From: Gammaproteobacteria bacterium
Lineage (GTDB): Bacteria > Pseudomonadota > Gammaproteobacteria > Eutrophobiales > Eutrophobiaceae
Length of the DNA stretch: 64,000 bases
Assembly: GCA_965221695.1 (NCBI GenBank)
Contig: OZ244905.1
Span: forward strand, 1,856,001-1,920,000
Reading direction: 5' to 3'
The notes beneath the pieces are model-generated. The model worked only from the letters and a program-made list of their open reading frames with translations, was not told where the DNA came from and ran no database searches. Position 1 is the first letter of the stretch; each line of letters begins with the position of its first letter. A program made the position numbers and the translations under genes. This document shows, piece by piece, positions 11,001-20,517 of the stretch.

Positions 11001-11116
11001 ATCAATTCACAGATGGCGCTGACGAGGTGTATGTCAACGGCGCTTCATTTATTCCGAATGCCAGGTCCATTGACCCAATTTTCAAATCTCGCATGTTTGC
11101 GCCGTTAGCCGCATGA
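8015..11116 (+). CDS. type III-like restriction-modification DNA methyltransferase (Mod), amino-MTase with beta-class motif order
   Basis: Catalytic DPPY (HIDPPYNT) precedes the SAM-binding LDYFAGSGTT; AT-rich variable region between them; ATGA overlap with downstream helicase-nuclease. Confidence 0.9.
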   Translation: MKTTIHNQEKFQQLLRELFQFDCADLDFGIYRIMNHKREVIEKFISEDLVKVVSEELDRDILNDQERAVRELEETAKLVQETFGDDALDASGKLQRYHETPLGKKYLKWQQRAIGARNRKALEADIFNHLFAFFSRYYQDGDFISKRRYSKQHRYAIPYNGEEVYLHWANADQYYIKTAEYFHDYSYSSQGVTVHFKLNNADVEQNNIKGEKRFFVPLITGITQNESAKAFTIPFEYRPLDEQEETRYGRTNQQDTIITEFVAEIQTRSELSNEILVALGTARQRNADNQPVTFLEHHLRQYTRRNTSDFFIHKNLKAFLSQELDFYIKSEALHLDDLEIAGEDFAEGWFQVIRVLRKTGSQIIDFLDQIEGFQKMLWEKRKFITEIEYCITIGNIDEHFYPTIADCEPQWIEWKDLFHIDEDKTDLFTSGGSARDKRIIFMKDHPTLVLDTKRFDEDFKNELLASIEDIDELCDGLLIHSENFQALGVLNNRYRSKIKCVHIDPPYNTDTSGFLYKNEYRHSSWMTFMESRILASINMLTNDASYLCHIDENEYERLQLLFERIPIPAAGTAVWDKRNPMNAGRGLAMQHEYMIWRSRKRGPIYLRNHNISLILKTADNILQKYGEVSDEARKEFAEYVDNNKQLTGGEKAYRHLDDDGNIYQSVSLRAPEPRTEQKFHIPLIHPISGKPCPVPPNGFSRTPETLQIMIERGEIIFGLDESIQPRQKVVLTTEKRRQMSSVIQDAKKGKADLDRLDLDFPYCHPVSFYEEIIAAAVDNDNEIILDYFAGSGTTAHAVMNLNRDNGGNIKFIMVEMGQYFDTVLLPRIKKVTFSPEWKDGKPTRMASREEANRSPRIIKYLRLESYEDALNNIELDDSSGQQAMKFDDYLLNYMLQWEAKHSKTLLNVEDLARPFDYKLQIHTNGATRATTVDIPETFNYLLGLHVQTRRIYDDEGRRYLIYQGLVDQRRAVIIWRETDGWQKEDLERDKQFISEHQFTDGADEVYVNGASFIPNARSIDPIFKSRMFAPLAA

Positions 11117-14100
11117 GCGAGCGTAATTCGCAATCATCTCAATATATCAAACTTGAGAGACGTCTCACCCTGCTTGCCTGGTTGAATGACCAGTTCGGCT
11201 ATAAAAACAACCAGGAACTTTTGCAGGACATCCGTGAATCGGACGAGGGTTTTGACGCCGAGGGTCGAACCCATATTTACCGGCGATTGATGTCAAGGGG
11301 CGGGAGAGTTCGCATCCCCCTGGATGACCTTGAGCGTTACGACCATAACCTGCGCGTCCACCTGCGCGCCATCAGCGCACGGCGACCGGGGCTTAAACTC
11401 AAGTATTTTCAATACCTCTCCGCTCTTTATACGGAGATTTATCTGGATGGCTATTTCAACAATCGGGCGAATTTGCTCCAGTCATTGAATGATTTCCAGG
11501 TTCGTTACAACTCCGGCTCAGGCATAAGATCAGAAGAGAGATTTGCCGAGACCGACCTGAAAAAACTCGCCTACTGGATGGCAACGGGCAGCGGTAAGAC
11601 CTTGATCATGCATCTGAATTACCTTCAGTTCCTGCATTACAACAAGGCCACATTGGATAATATCCTGCTCATCACGCCAAATGAAGGACTTAGCGAGCAA
11701 CACCTCGTTGAGATGGAATTGTCCGGGATACCAGCAAGACGCTTTGACCTGAACGAGAGCGGCTTGTTGCTGGCCCAAAAGGATACGGTCCGGATCCTGG
11801 AAATTACCAAATTGGTCAAAGAGAAACGCGGTCGCGGAGAACGCGTGCCTGTTGAAGCGTTTACGGGGAACAACCTGATATTGGTGGACGAGGGGCATAA
11901 GGGTTCCGGCGGGGAAGCATGGCTCAAGTTACGCAATGCCTTGGGGGAGACCGGATTTACCTTTGAGTACAGCGCTACTTTTGGCCAGGCTCTGACAGCA
12001 ACACGCAATGACCCGCTGACGACAGAATACGGAAAAGCAATTGTCTTCGACTATTCCTATCGTTACTTCTACGGCGATGGTTATGGAAAGGACTTCCGCA
12101 TCCTTAACCTCGTAGAAGAAACCTCTGAGGAGAAAACCAATATCCTGCTATTGGGTAATCTGTTGTCATTTTATCAACAAAAGCGCTTGTTCACGGAGCG
12201 AAAAGAAGCGCTGCGGCCCTATAACCTGGAAAAACCATTATGGGTGTTCGTGGGCAGCACGGTAAACGCTGTGTATACCAGAGACAAGCAAACACGCAGC
12301 GATGTTTTGACAACGGCCAGATTTTTGGATCACGTTTTAAAGTACAAGACCTGGACAGTGCGGGCCATCAGCAAACTACTCAATGGCAATAGTGGATTGG
12401 TGACGCCCGATGGCGAAGATGTTTTTAGGGATAAATTCAGTTATTTGAAGAGTAGTGGAATGGATTCCGAGCAGACCTACACTGATATCCTTACCAAGGT
12501 GTTTCATGCGCCTGCAGGCGGCGGATTGCATTTAAACAGTATCCGCAACAGCAAAGGAGAAATAGGCTTGAAGGCAGGAAATGCCGAGTTGTACTTCGGA
12601 TTGATCTATATCGGCGATGTCGCCAAATTCAAAAAACTCGTGGAACTGGATGATGCCGGCATAGTTTTTGAGGAAGACGCAGTGGCCGATTCGCTGTTCG
12701 ATGGCATCGGCACGCCGGATACGAGTATTGACATCCTGATAGGCGCAAAAAAATTCATGGAAGGCTGGAATTCCTGGCGGGTATCCAACATGGGGCTGTT
12801 GAATATCGGTCGCAAGGAAGGTTCCGAGATTATTCAACTGTTTGGACGCGGTGTGCGTCTGAAAGGCCGAGGGCACAGTCTTAAGCGAAGCGCGGCACAG
12901 GATGGAGAGCATCCTGCACATCTGGATTTGTTGGAGACATTGAATATCTTTGCGGTGCGAGCGAATTATATGGCGCAGTTTCGCAGTTATCTGGAACGGG
13001 AAGGCGTCGATACCGGGGGGCACAAGGAGTTACATCTGGCTATACGGGCTGATGAACGATTTTTTGGAAAAGGATTGGTCGTGCCGCGTATGCCGGAAGG
13101 CAAAAGCTTTATTGAGCAGGAGAATGTCGTTCTCGATAAGGATAAGGCTGCCAAGGTCTCTCTGGACCTTTCGACGAAAGTACGCGTAATGGAAAGCGAA
13201 CAGGGTGGCGTAAAGGAAGCTGAGTTTCAAGCCGGACAGTACCGGCAGATACCGGACGAAATCCTCGATCTTGTGGACTGGCACAAGGTATACCTGGAAC
13301 TTATTGAATATAAGGAACATAAAGACTGGGTAAATTATGCGCTGACACCCGTAACAGCCAGAGAGATCATGGAAACGAAACAGCCCGACAGGCTATATGG
13401 GTTAATGGCCGACAGTGCGATGATCAAACCCAATTCTTACGCCGACGTTATTCGCCTGCACGATGTGGTGGTATCCATCTTGAGAAAATATATGGACAGG
13501 TTTTACCGGGTGCAACGTGAACGCTGGGAATCCATGAACCTGCGCTATGAAGAACTCGGCAAGGGGGATCCAAATTTTCAAGACTATAGACTGCAAATTT
13601 CACTTGAAGAGAAAGAGTTGATTGAGGCAGTTGAAAGCCTGCTCAGAGAAGGTGAACGCATATACAAGGAAGAAACCAGCGAACTGCGAAATGTTTACTT
13701 CGACCGGCATCTTTATCAACCTCTGCTTGTTGATAAAGGCGCAAACGTCAAGTGCGCGCCACCGGGATTAAATCAGCACGAACAACGCTTCGTCCAGGAT
13801 TTGCGCGCATATTGTCGGCTGCACAAAGACGATGTTATCCCTGGTAGGGAGATTTACCTACTGCGCAACCTGAGCCGCGGCAAAGGGATAGGCTTCTTTG
13901 AAAACTCGGGCTTTTACCCTGACTTTATTCTGTGGATAAAAGACGACCAGGGCCAACGCATCGTCTTCATTGAGCCTCACGGCATGTTAAATGAACGACC
14001 ATACGAGCATAACGAGAAGGCCCAGTTACATGAACGCCTGCCTGAATTTGCCGAAAAATTAGGCGCATCCAGTGGATTGCGGGATATAAAACTGGACTCG

Positions 14101-14244
14101 TTCATTGTCTCAGCCACACCCTATGAGGCATTATGGGACCGGTATGGCGATACTTCCTGGGATCGGGACCGGTTTGCGCAAGCTCATATTCTCTTTCCGG
14201 ACCAGGGAGAAAATTACGATTACATCGCAGCCATCATGCAATAG
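11113..14244 (+). CDS. type III-like restriction endonuclease subunit (Res): SF2 helicase/ATPase plus C-terminal PD-(D/E)xK-like nuclease
   Basis: Walker A MATGSGKT, Walker B LVDEGH, motif III YSATF, EGWN, QLFGRGVRL, C-terminal FYPDFILW...FIEPHG. Confidence 0.9.
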   Translation: MSERNSQSSQYIKLERRLTLLAWLNDQFGYKNNQELLQDIRESDEGFDAEGRTHIYRRLMSRGGRVRIPLDDLERYDHNLRVHLRAISARRPGLKLKYFQYLSALYTEIYLDGYFNNRANLLQSLNDFQVRYNSGSGIRSEERFAETDLKKLAYWMATGSGKTLIMHLNYLQFLHYNKATLDNILLITPNEGLSEQHLVEMELSGIPARRFDLNESGLLLAQKDTVRILEITKLVKEKRGRGERVPVEAFTGNNLILVDEGHKGSGGEAWLKLRNALGETGFTFEYSATFGQALTATRNDPLTTEYGKAIVFDYSYRYFYGDGYGKDFRILNLVEETSEEKTNILLLGNLLSFYQQKRLFTERKEALRPYNLEKPLWVFVGSTVNAVYTRDKQTRSDVLTTARFLDHVLKYKTWTVRAISKLLNGNSGLVTPDGEDVFRDKFSYLKSSGMDSEQTYTDILTKVFHAPAGGGLHLNSIRNSKGEIGLKAGNAELYFGLIYIGDVAKFKKLVELDDAGIVFEEDAVADSLFDGIGTPDTSIDILIGAKKFMEGWNSWRVSNMGLLNIGRKEGSEIIQLFGRGVRLKGRGHSLKRSAAQDGEHPAHLDLLETLNIFAVRANYMAQFRSYLEREGVDTGGHKELHLAIRADERFFGKGLVVPRMPEGKSFIEQENVVLDKDKAAKVSLDLSTKVRVMESEQGGVKEAEFQAGQYRQIPDEILDLVDWHKVYLELIEYKEHKDWVNYALTPVTAREIMETKQPDRLYGLMADSAMIKPNSYADVIRLHDVVVSILRKYMDRFYRVQRERWESMNLRYEELGKGDPNFQDYRLQISLEEKELIEAVESLLREGERIYKEETSELRNVYFDRHLYQPLLVDKGANVKCAPPGLNQHEQRFVQDLRAYCRLHKDDVIPGREIYLLRNLSRGKGIGFFENSGFYPDFILWIKDDQGQRIVFIEPHGMLNERPYEHNEKAQLHERLPEFAEKLGASSGLRDIKLDSFIVSATPYEALWDRYGDTSWDRDRFAQAHILFPDQGENYDYIAAIMQ

Positions 14245-14421
14245 TGTAAGGCAACCCCGCGGACACTCAAATTTACCTCTACGCTAACAACAACATCTCC
14301 ACAACGGGACTGGCGCTGGCCAGAAACGGAGATATCCCCATCAAGTCGATTCGATGTCGGCGCCGCAAACATCATTCCGGGTTTGGCCTGGTCAATATGA
14401 TATTTTTCAGTAATGCTATGC

Positions 14422-15060
14422 TCAAAATGGCGCTTCCACCGCGCAGTGCCGGCAACGGTCATCGGCGGCACACTTTTCCTTGGCGTGCCTGACGATCAGC
14501 GCGTGGTACTCGTTATACAGCCTGTGATCCGGGGCAAGACAGGTTTCGAACATCCGCCGCAGGGTTTCATAGTCTTCGCCGCCGTTAATCAGCCCAAGCT
14601 TTTTCAGCAGGCGGCGAGTATAAGTGTCTATCACAAACACGGGACGGTCAAACGCATAGAGCAATATATCATCGGTCGTTTCTTGGCCGATGCCGTTTAT
14701 TGACAACAGGGACTGTCTCAACCTGCCGGTATCCCATGTTGACAGGGCATCCAGGCCGCCCTGCGATTGCAGCCACCCACACAGGTTCTTCAGGCGCCGG
14801 GCTTTCACATTTAAGAAACCGGAAGACCTGATCAGACCGGCAAGCTCTTCCTGGGACAAGCTTGCAATACGATCCAGGCTAAGATTGCCTGTCGCTTGCA
14901 ACCTTGAGATTGCCTTTTCAACATTTTTCCAGTTGGTGTTCTGGGTCAACACGGCGCCGGCAATCACCTCGAACGCAGAATCTGCCGGCCACCAACGCTG
15001 CGACCCGTAGGCATCCAGCAGGCGATCATACAAGACGGTTAATTTGTCGCAGTGTTTCAT
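14422..15060 (-). CDS. HhH-GPD (endonuclease III-related) DNA glycosylase family protein
   Basis: WWPA, GAVLTQNTNWKNVEKA, HhH LLSINGIGQET, FVIDTYTRR, EYHALIV, C-terminal Cys residues. Confidence 0.85.
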   Translation of the reverse strand: MKHCDKLTVLYDRLLDAYGSQRWWPADSAFEVIAGAVLTQNTNWKNVEKAISRLQATGNLSLDRIASLSQEELAGLIRSSGFLNVKARRLKNLCGWLQSQGGLDALSTWDTGRLRQSLLSINGIGQETTDDILLYAFDRPVFVIDTYTRRLLKKLGLINGGEDYETLRRMFETCLAPDHRLYNEYHALIVRHAKEKCAADDRCRHCAVEAPF

Positions 15061-15101
15061 TTGTTATAGTTTCGCTCAGGAAAAAGCAGATAAAATCTAT
15101 C

Positions 15102-15980
15102 ATGCATCCCGTAAATCATACCTATATCGGGCGCTTTGCCCCTACTCCCAGTGGCCCGCTTCACTTCGGTTCCATTGTCGCCGCGCTGGCAAGCTACCTT
15201 GACGCCCGCCATCACCGCGGCAAGTGGTTGCTCAGAATTGAGGATATCGACACGCCGCGGGTACGCGCCGGGGCAGACAGGAAAATCATTGATGCCCTGG
15301 AAATCCTCGGGTTGGAATGGGACGGTGATATAGTTTACCAAAGCAACCGCCTGAACCGTTACCAACAGGCGCTGCAAGCGCTGCTGGATAAAGACCTGCT
15401 GTACCGATGTTATTGTCCCAGGCGTATTACCAAAGGCAAACCTTACCCGGGCACATGCAGAATGCGTTCGGACCGTGACCACAAGCCACACTCACTGCGT
15501 ATCATCACACCGGAACAGCCCGTCAGCTTCGATGATGCCATCCAGGGCCGCCTCACAAGACGGCTTAACGAGCTGACCGGAGATTTCATCCTGCGCCGCT
15601 CGGACGGCTTGTTCGCGTACAACCTGGCAGTGGTCATCGACGATGCCGCCCAGGGCATCACCCACATCGTGCGCGGCGCAGACCTGCTCGAGACCACGTT
15701 CAGCCAGGTCTGCCTACAATCCATTCTCAACCTGCCGGCAACTAAATATGCTCACCACCCGATTGTCATCGATGCGCGCGGGAAGAAACTCAGCAAGCAG
15801 GATGGCGCGACAGACGTGCTCTCGGGTGCCTCCCCTGAAACCGTACTGCTTCAATCATTGAATTTTTTGGGACAAACGCCCGGCCAGGAACTGAACGGCG
15901 GCAATAAAAACGAGATCCTGGCCTGGGCCATCGATCACTGGAATATTGAGGCTGTCAGGAGTTCAATATTGGGTGTATAG
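15102..15980 (+). CDS. gluQ: tRNA glutamyl-Q(34) synthetase (GluQ-RS)
   Basis: YIGRFAPTPSGPLHFGS, LLRIEDID, CYC...YPGTC, AVVIDD, VRGADL, KLSKQ; no anticodon domain. Start moved to ATG 15102. Confidence 0.92.
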   Translation: MHPVNHTYIGRFAPTPSGPLHFGSIVAALASYLDARHHRGKWLLRIEDIDTPRVRAGADRKIIDALEILGLEWDGDIVYQSNRLNRYQQALQALLDKDLLYRCYCPRRITKGKPYPGTCRMRSDRDHKPHSLRIITPEQPVSFDDAIQGRLTRRLNELTGDFILRRSDGLFAYNLAVVIDDAAQGITHIVRGADLLETTFSQVCLQSILNLPATKYAHHPIVIDARGKKLSKQDGATDVLSGASPETVLLQSLNFLGQTPGQELNGGNKNEILAWAIDHWNIEAVRSSILGV

Positions 15981-16012
15981 TAGTCTGCCTGATCAGACTT
16001 GGATAAGCGCAC

Positions 16013-18364
16013 ATGCACGCACAAGCCGAACAACAATATAAACTGGTCCCGGTAAGCTCCCATTGGGGTAATTATCTTGCAGAGGTCGCGCAGGACGAAC
16101 TGGTTGCGATCCATCCGTACGCTTCTGACCCCGACCCCACGCCAATCGGCCAGTCACTGCTGAACGCAACAGACAGCGATGTGCGCATCCCCCAGCCTAT
16201 GATCAGACAAGGCTACCTGGAAAAACGCCACCACAGCGACGGCGCGCGGCGCGGGAACGAACCGTTTGTACCGGTACCATGGGATACCGCGCTGGACCTG
16301 GCGGCCGACGCCCTGCAACGGGTCAGACAGGAGTTCGGCAATGACGCGATTTATGGCGGCTCTTACGGTTGGGCCAGCGCCGGCCGCTTCCACCATGCCA
16401 CCAGCCAGGTGCATCGTTTTCTCAATACCATCGGCGGCTACACCCGTTCCGTCGACAGTTATTCGGTCGCAGCCGCGAGCGTAATCATGCCCCATGTGCT
16501 GGGCGTGGATTTCTTTGAACTGATGCTGCAAGCGCCCACCGTCGAGGATATTGCCAAGCATACCAGGCTGGTCGTGTGTTTCGGCGGTATTGCGATGAAG
16601 AATACCCAGATCATGGCCGGCGGCCTGGGCGCGCACACCGCCGGGGCCCAGTTACGGGATTTGAAACAGGCCGGGGTCAGGTTTGTCAACATCAGTCCGG
16701 TGCAGGATGACATGGCGGATTATCTCGACGCAGAGTGGTGGCCATGCCGGCCCAACAGCGATGTCGCGGTGATGTTGGGGATGGCGCATACCCTGGTCGC
16801 GAACAACCTGCATGACCGGCAATTCCTGGACAAATACTGTGTGGGCTTTGAGCGTTTTCTTCCCTACCTGATGGGAGAGGAAGATGGGATAGTGAAAGAT
16901 GCGCAATGGGCGGCGCAACTTGCCGAGGTCCCTGCGCACTGGATCGAGGCAACCGCAAAACAAATGGCAGCCGAACGTTGCCTGATCGGCATAAGCTGGT
17001 CGTTGCAACGGAGCGAATTCGGCGAACAGCCCTATTGGATGGCGACCCTGCTGAGCGCGATGCTGGGCCATGTGGGTCTGCCAGGCGCCGGTGTTGCCTA
17101 CGGTTACGGCTCTGTACACAACATTGGTTTTGTAGGCCGTCGGCTGCCGAATTACAAGACCGCGGCGCTGCCGCAGGGAGACAATGCGGTAAAGACATTT
17201 ATTCCCGTGGCCCGGATCGCGGACATGCTGTTAAATCCCGGCGGCAACTATGACTATAACGGTCAGAAGCTGACCTTCCCCGACATCCGGCTGGTGTACT
17301 GGGCGGGCGGGAACCCCTTCCATCATCACCAGGACCTGAACCGCCTGCGGCGCGCCTGGGCGCGACCGGAGACCATCATCGTCAACGAGCCGTTCTGGAC
17401 GTCCACTGCCCGGCACGCCGATATCGTGTTTCCGTCAACCACGCCCCTGGAACGCAACGATGCCAGCCTCAGTCCTATCGATTGTTACCTCGCCCCCATG
17501 CCGTGCGCGGTACCGCCCTTCGGCCAGGCCAGAAACGACTATGATATTTTCGCCGGGCTGGCAAAACGCCTTGATGTTGAACAGGCGTTTACCGACGGCA
17601 GGAATGAAGCGGAATGGGTGGAACATCTCTACAACTCCACCCGGGAGGCGGCGGCCGGGGCCAACGTAACCTTGCCGGAGTTCGATGAATTCTGGCGCGG
17701 CCGGCAGTTGACTGTCTATGACCAGACACCTGACCGGGAATTTGAACTGGAGAAATTTCGCGCCAACCCGCAGGCGAACTCACTGAATACGCCTTCCGGG
17801 AAGATTGAACTGTATTCGGAGAAGATCGCCGGTTTCAATTATGCAGACTGTGCCGGCCATCCCAGGTGGTACGACAAGCAGGAATGGCTGGGTTCTGCGC
17901 GCGCGGCGCGCTATCCGCTACACCTGATCTCCAATCAACCAAAGACCCGCTTGCACAGCCAGTATGACCATGGCATCACCAGCCGCAAGGCTAAGATCAA
18001 GCAGCGGGCGCCGGCCCGCATGAACCCGATGGACGCGGCAAAACGGCATATCGCAGAGGGCGATGTAATCCGTCTGTTTAACGAACGAGGCGCGTGCCTG
18101 GCCGGTGTCACACTTACGGAAAATCTGCGTGCCGGTGTGATCGAACTGGAAACCGGCGCCTGGTACGATCCGCTGGACCCGGCAGACCCCATGTCTCTCG
18201 AGATACATGGCAACCCGAACGTATTAACCCGTGATGCGGGCACCTCGAAACTGGCCCAAGGGCCAACTGCCCACAGTTGCCTGGTCGATGTGGAGAAGTT
18301 TACCGGGAAACTGCCCAAAATCCGGGTATTTTCACAACCGCCTGTGGTCAGCGCTTCAACCTGA
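16013..18364 (+). CDS. molybdopterin oxidoreductase, DMSO reductase family (BisC-like biotin/methionine sulfoxide reductase)
   Basis: SHWG, GGSYGWASAGRFHHA, Ser-ligand region SYSVAAA, YWAGGNPFHHHQD, RLHSQ; no Tat signal peptide. Confidence 0.88.
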   Translation: MHAQAEQQYKLVPVSSHWGNYLAEVAQDELVAIHPYASDPDPTPIGQSLLNATDSDVRIPQPMIRQGYLEKRHHSDGARRGNEPFVPVPWDTALDLAADALQRVRQEFGNDAIYGGSYGWASAGRFHHATSQVHRFLNTIGGYTRSVDSYSVAAASVIMPHVLGVDFFELMLQAPTVEDIAKHTRLVVCFGGIAMKNTQIMAGGLGAHTAGAQLRDLKQAGVRFVNISPVQDDMADYLDAEWWPCRPNSDVAVMLGMAHTLVANNLHDRQFLDKYCVGFERFLPYLMGEEDGIVKDAQWAAQLAEVPAHWIEATAKQMAAERCLIGISWSLQRSEFGEQPYWMATLLSAMLGHVGLPGAGVAYGYGSVHNIGFVGRRLPNYKTAALPQGDNAVKTFIPVARIADMLLNPGGNYDYNGQKLTFPDIRLVYWAGGNPFHHHQDLNRLRRAWARPETIIVNEPFWTSTARHADIVFPSTTPLERNDASLSPIDCYLAPMPCAVPPFGQARNDYDIFAGLAKRLDVEQAFTDGRNEAEWVEHLYNSTREAAAGANVTLPEFDEFWRGRQLTVYDQTPDREFELEKFRANPQANSLNTPSGKIELYSEKIAGFNYADCAGHPRWYDKQEWLGSARAARYPLHLISNQPKTRLHSQYDHGITSRKAKIKQRAPARMNPMDAAKRHIAEGDVIRLFNERGACLAGVTLTENLRAGVIELETGAWYDPLDPADPMSLEIHGNPNVLTRDAGTSKLAQGPTAHSCLVDVEKFTGKLPKIRVFSQPPVVSAST

Positions 18365-18414
18365 TATTGTCCGCGCATGCTTTCTACTCCCATGAACACC
18401 CCCACTAAACCACT

Positions 18415-19596
18415 ATGAATGATCAAATCGTCATTGCCGGCATGGCCCGCACCCCTCAGGGTGGGCTGCAAGGCGAGTTGTCGAGTGTCGCCGCTCCGCA
18501 GTTAGGCGCGACAGCCATCAGGGCAGCGCTGGCAAGAGCAAATATAGAACCGGTGGATGTGGATGAGACCATCATGGGCTGCGTCCTGCCGGCAGGACTG
18601 CGCCAGGCGCCGGCGCGCCAGGCTTCCATCGGCGCCGGCATCCCGACCAGCACAGGTTGCACAACCGTGAACAAGATGTGCGGTTCGGCGATGAAAGCAG
18701 TGATGCTGGGTTTCGACGCGCTGCGGGCCGGTTCGGCCGATTGTATCGTTGCGGGCGGGATGGAGAGCATGAGCAATGCGCCGTACCTGGTTCTGAAAGC
18801 CCGTAGCGGACTGCGCCTGGGTCACGGAGAGATGGTGGATCACATGTTCTTCGACGGCCTGGAGGATGCCTACGACCAGGGCAAGCTCATGGGGTCGTAT
18901 GCAGAGGACTGCGCCGCCAAATACGGCTTCACCCGGGAGATGCAGGATGCCTATGCCATCGAGTCGCTGACCCGCGCCCAGCGCGCCATTGGAGAAGGAA
19001 AATTCAACGATGAAATTGAACCGGTCGTGGTCAGGACACGCAAACGGGAAGTGACCGTGGACACCGATGAACAGCCCGGCAACGCGAACATCGATAAAAT
19101 CCCCATGCTTAAACCCGCGTTCGCCAAAAACGGCACCGTGACACCGGCTAATTCCAGTTCCATATCCGACGGCGCAGCAGCAGTGGTTTTACTCAGGGAG
19201 AGTGATGCGACGGCGCGCGGCTTGGAGCCGCTGGCGGTTCTGCATGCGCATTCCACCCATGCCCAGGAGCCGAGCTGGTTCACTACCGCGCCAGTGGGGG
19301 CAATCCGCAAAGCACTGGACAAAACCGGCTGGACCGTGGCGGATGTGGACCTGTTCGAGGTGAACGAGGCGTTTGCCGTGGTAGCCATGGCGGCCATGCA
19401 CGACCTGCAGATTCCCCATGACAAACTGAATGTGAACGGCGGCGCCTGCGCACTGGGTCATCCCGTCGGCGCCTCCGGCGCGCGCATCATCGTAACACTG
19501 ATTGCCGCGCTAAAAGACCGGGGGCTGAAACGCGGTATAGCCGGCCTGTGCATAGGCGGCGGCGAAGCCACCGCGGTAGCCCTGGAATTGCTTTAG
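18415..19596 (+). CDS. acetyl-CoA C-acyltransferase (thiolase)
   Basis: VNKMCGS catalytic Cys, NEAF, GHPVGASG, LCIGGG. Confidence 0.95.
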   Translation: MNDQIVIAGMARTPQGGLQGELSSVAAPQLGATAIRAALARANIEPVDVDETIMGCVLPAGLRQAPARQASIGAGIPTSTGCTTVNKMCGSAMKAVMLGFDALRAGSADCIVAGGMESMSNAPYLVLKARSGLRLGHGEMVDHMFFDGLEDAYDQGKLMGSYAEDCAAKYGFTREMQDAYAIESLTRAQRAIGEGKFNDEIEPVVVRTRKREVTVDTDEQPGNANIDKIPMLKPAFAKNGTVTPANSSSISDGAAAVVLLRESDATARGLEPLAVLHAHSTHAQEPSWFTTAPVGAIRKALDKTGWTVADVDLFEVNEAFAVVAMAAMHDLQIPHDKLNVNGGACALGHPVGASGARIIVTLIAALKDRGLKRGIAGLCIGGGEATAVALELL

Positions 19597-20495
19597 CTTC
19601 TCATGCGCGCAATCTGCGGAGCGAAATGCTGTGCCAGCAGTCCGGCAACGATCAATACCAATCCCGCGATAGTCGTCACCGCGATAGCTTCACCTAAGAA
19701 CCGGCTGATGAATATCAGTGATATGAATGGCGAGAGAAAAATGAGTGTGCTGATTTTTGCCGTGGCGTCCGATAACCGCAATGCTGCGAGCCAGAAAATA
19801 TAGGTGATCCCCATTTCAAACAAGCCAACGTAGATGCCTGCCAGAATACCGGCCGTGCTCAAGGAAGATATATCCGACCAAAACCAGCAGGCAGCGGCTA
19901 TGAACGGGATACCGAACAGGAAGCTGAGGAACAGGCCGGTTACGGGTTCAACATGGTCTTTTGTCTTCAGCAACCAGTAGAACGCCCAGATGACCGTGCT
20001 GCCGAGCGCCAGAAAAATCCCCAGCGCACTCAACTCCCCCGCCGGAAATCGGCCGCCGCTGAAACAGATAACCAGCACGCCGGAATAACATATAACCGTT
20101 GCCAGGCAGTCAAAACGGGTAAGCCGGTGCTTCAAGATGGGCACGGACAGAAGCATCAGTGTTATCGCCCAGGTGTAGTTCAGCGCCTGGGCCACCTGCG
20201 CCGGCAACAGGTCGTAAGCCCGGAACAGTACCAGGTAATAACAGAACGGGTTCAATATGCCCAGGCTGGCCAGCCGGAGATAATCTCCGGCGCTCACCTG
20301 CAGCGCCATTGCCAACCTGCCGGTCGCGAGCACAACCGCCAACAGGCACAAGGTCGCGGTCACGCTTGCGACCAGCAGCAATTGGTATACATCGAGATAA
20401 CGCAACGCGATCTTGAACGCGGTCGCAACCGTGGACCAGAGTAATACCGCGCTGAGCGCGTACAGGTATGCCTTCTGCTGGCGGGCGAGTATCAT
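19593..20495 (-). CDS. DMT/EamA family transporter
   Basis: About ten hydrophobic helices, LLWSTVATAFK, ALNYTW. Start placed at MILARQQK (20495). Confidence 0.85.
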   Translation of the reverse strand: MILARQQKAYLYALSAVLLWSTVATAFKIALRYLDVYQLLLVASVTATLCLLAVVLATGRLAMALQVSAGDYLRLASLGILNPFCYYLVLFRAYDLLPAQVAQALNYTWAITLMLLSVPILKHRLTRFDCLATVICYSGVLVICFSGGRFPAGELSALGIFLALGSTVIWAFYWLLKTKDHVEPVTGLFLSFLFGIPFIAAACWFWSDISSLSTAGILAGIYVGLFEMGITYIFWLAALRLSDATAKISTLIFLSPFISLIFISRFLGEAIAVTTIAGLVLIVAGLLAQHFAPQIARMRS

Positions 20496-20517
20496 CAGGG
20501 GGTCATTATGGGCCTGG

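Noticed and set aside
7956-14315. 9-bp direct repeat GGACTGGCG (7956-7964 and 14307-14315) flanking the RM genes as a possible target duplication
   Set aside because: A 9-bp match between two intergenic regions of this size can arise by chance; there are no terminal inverted repeats or recombinase.
14904-15101. N-terminal extension of gluQ given by the ORF track
   Set aside because: Overlaps the divergent glycosylase gene; homology starts near ATG 15102.
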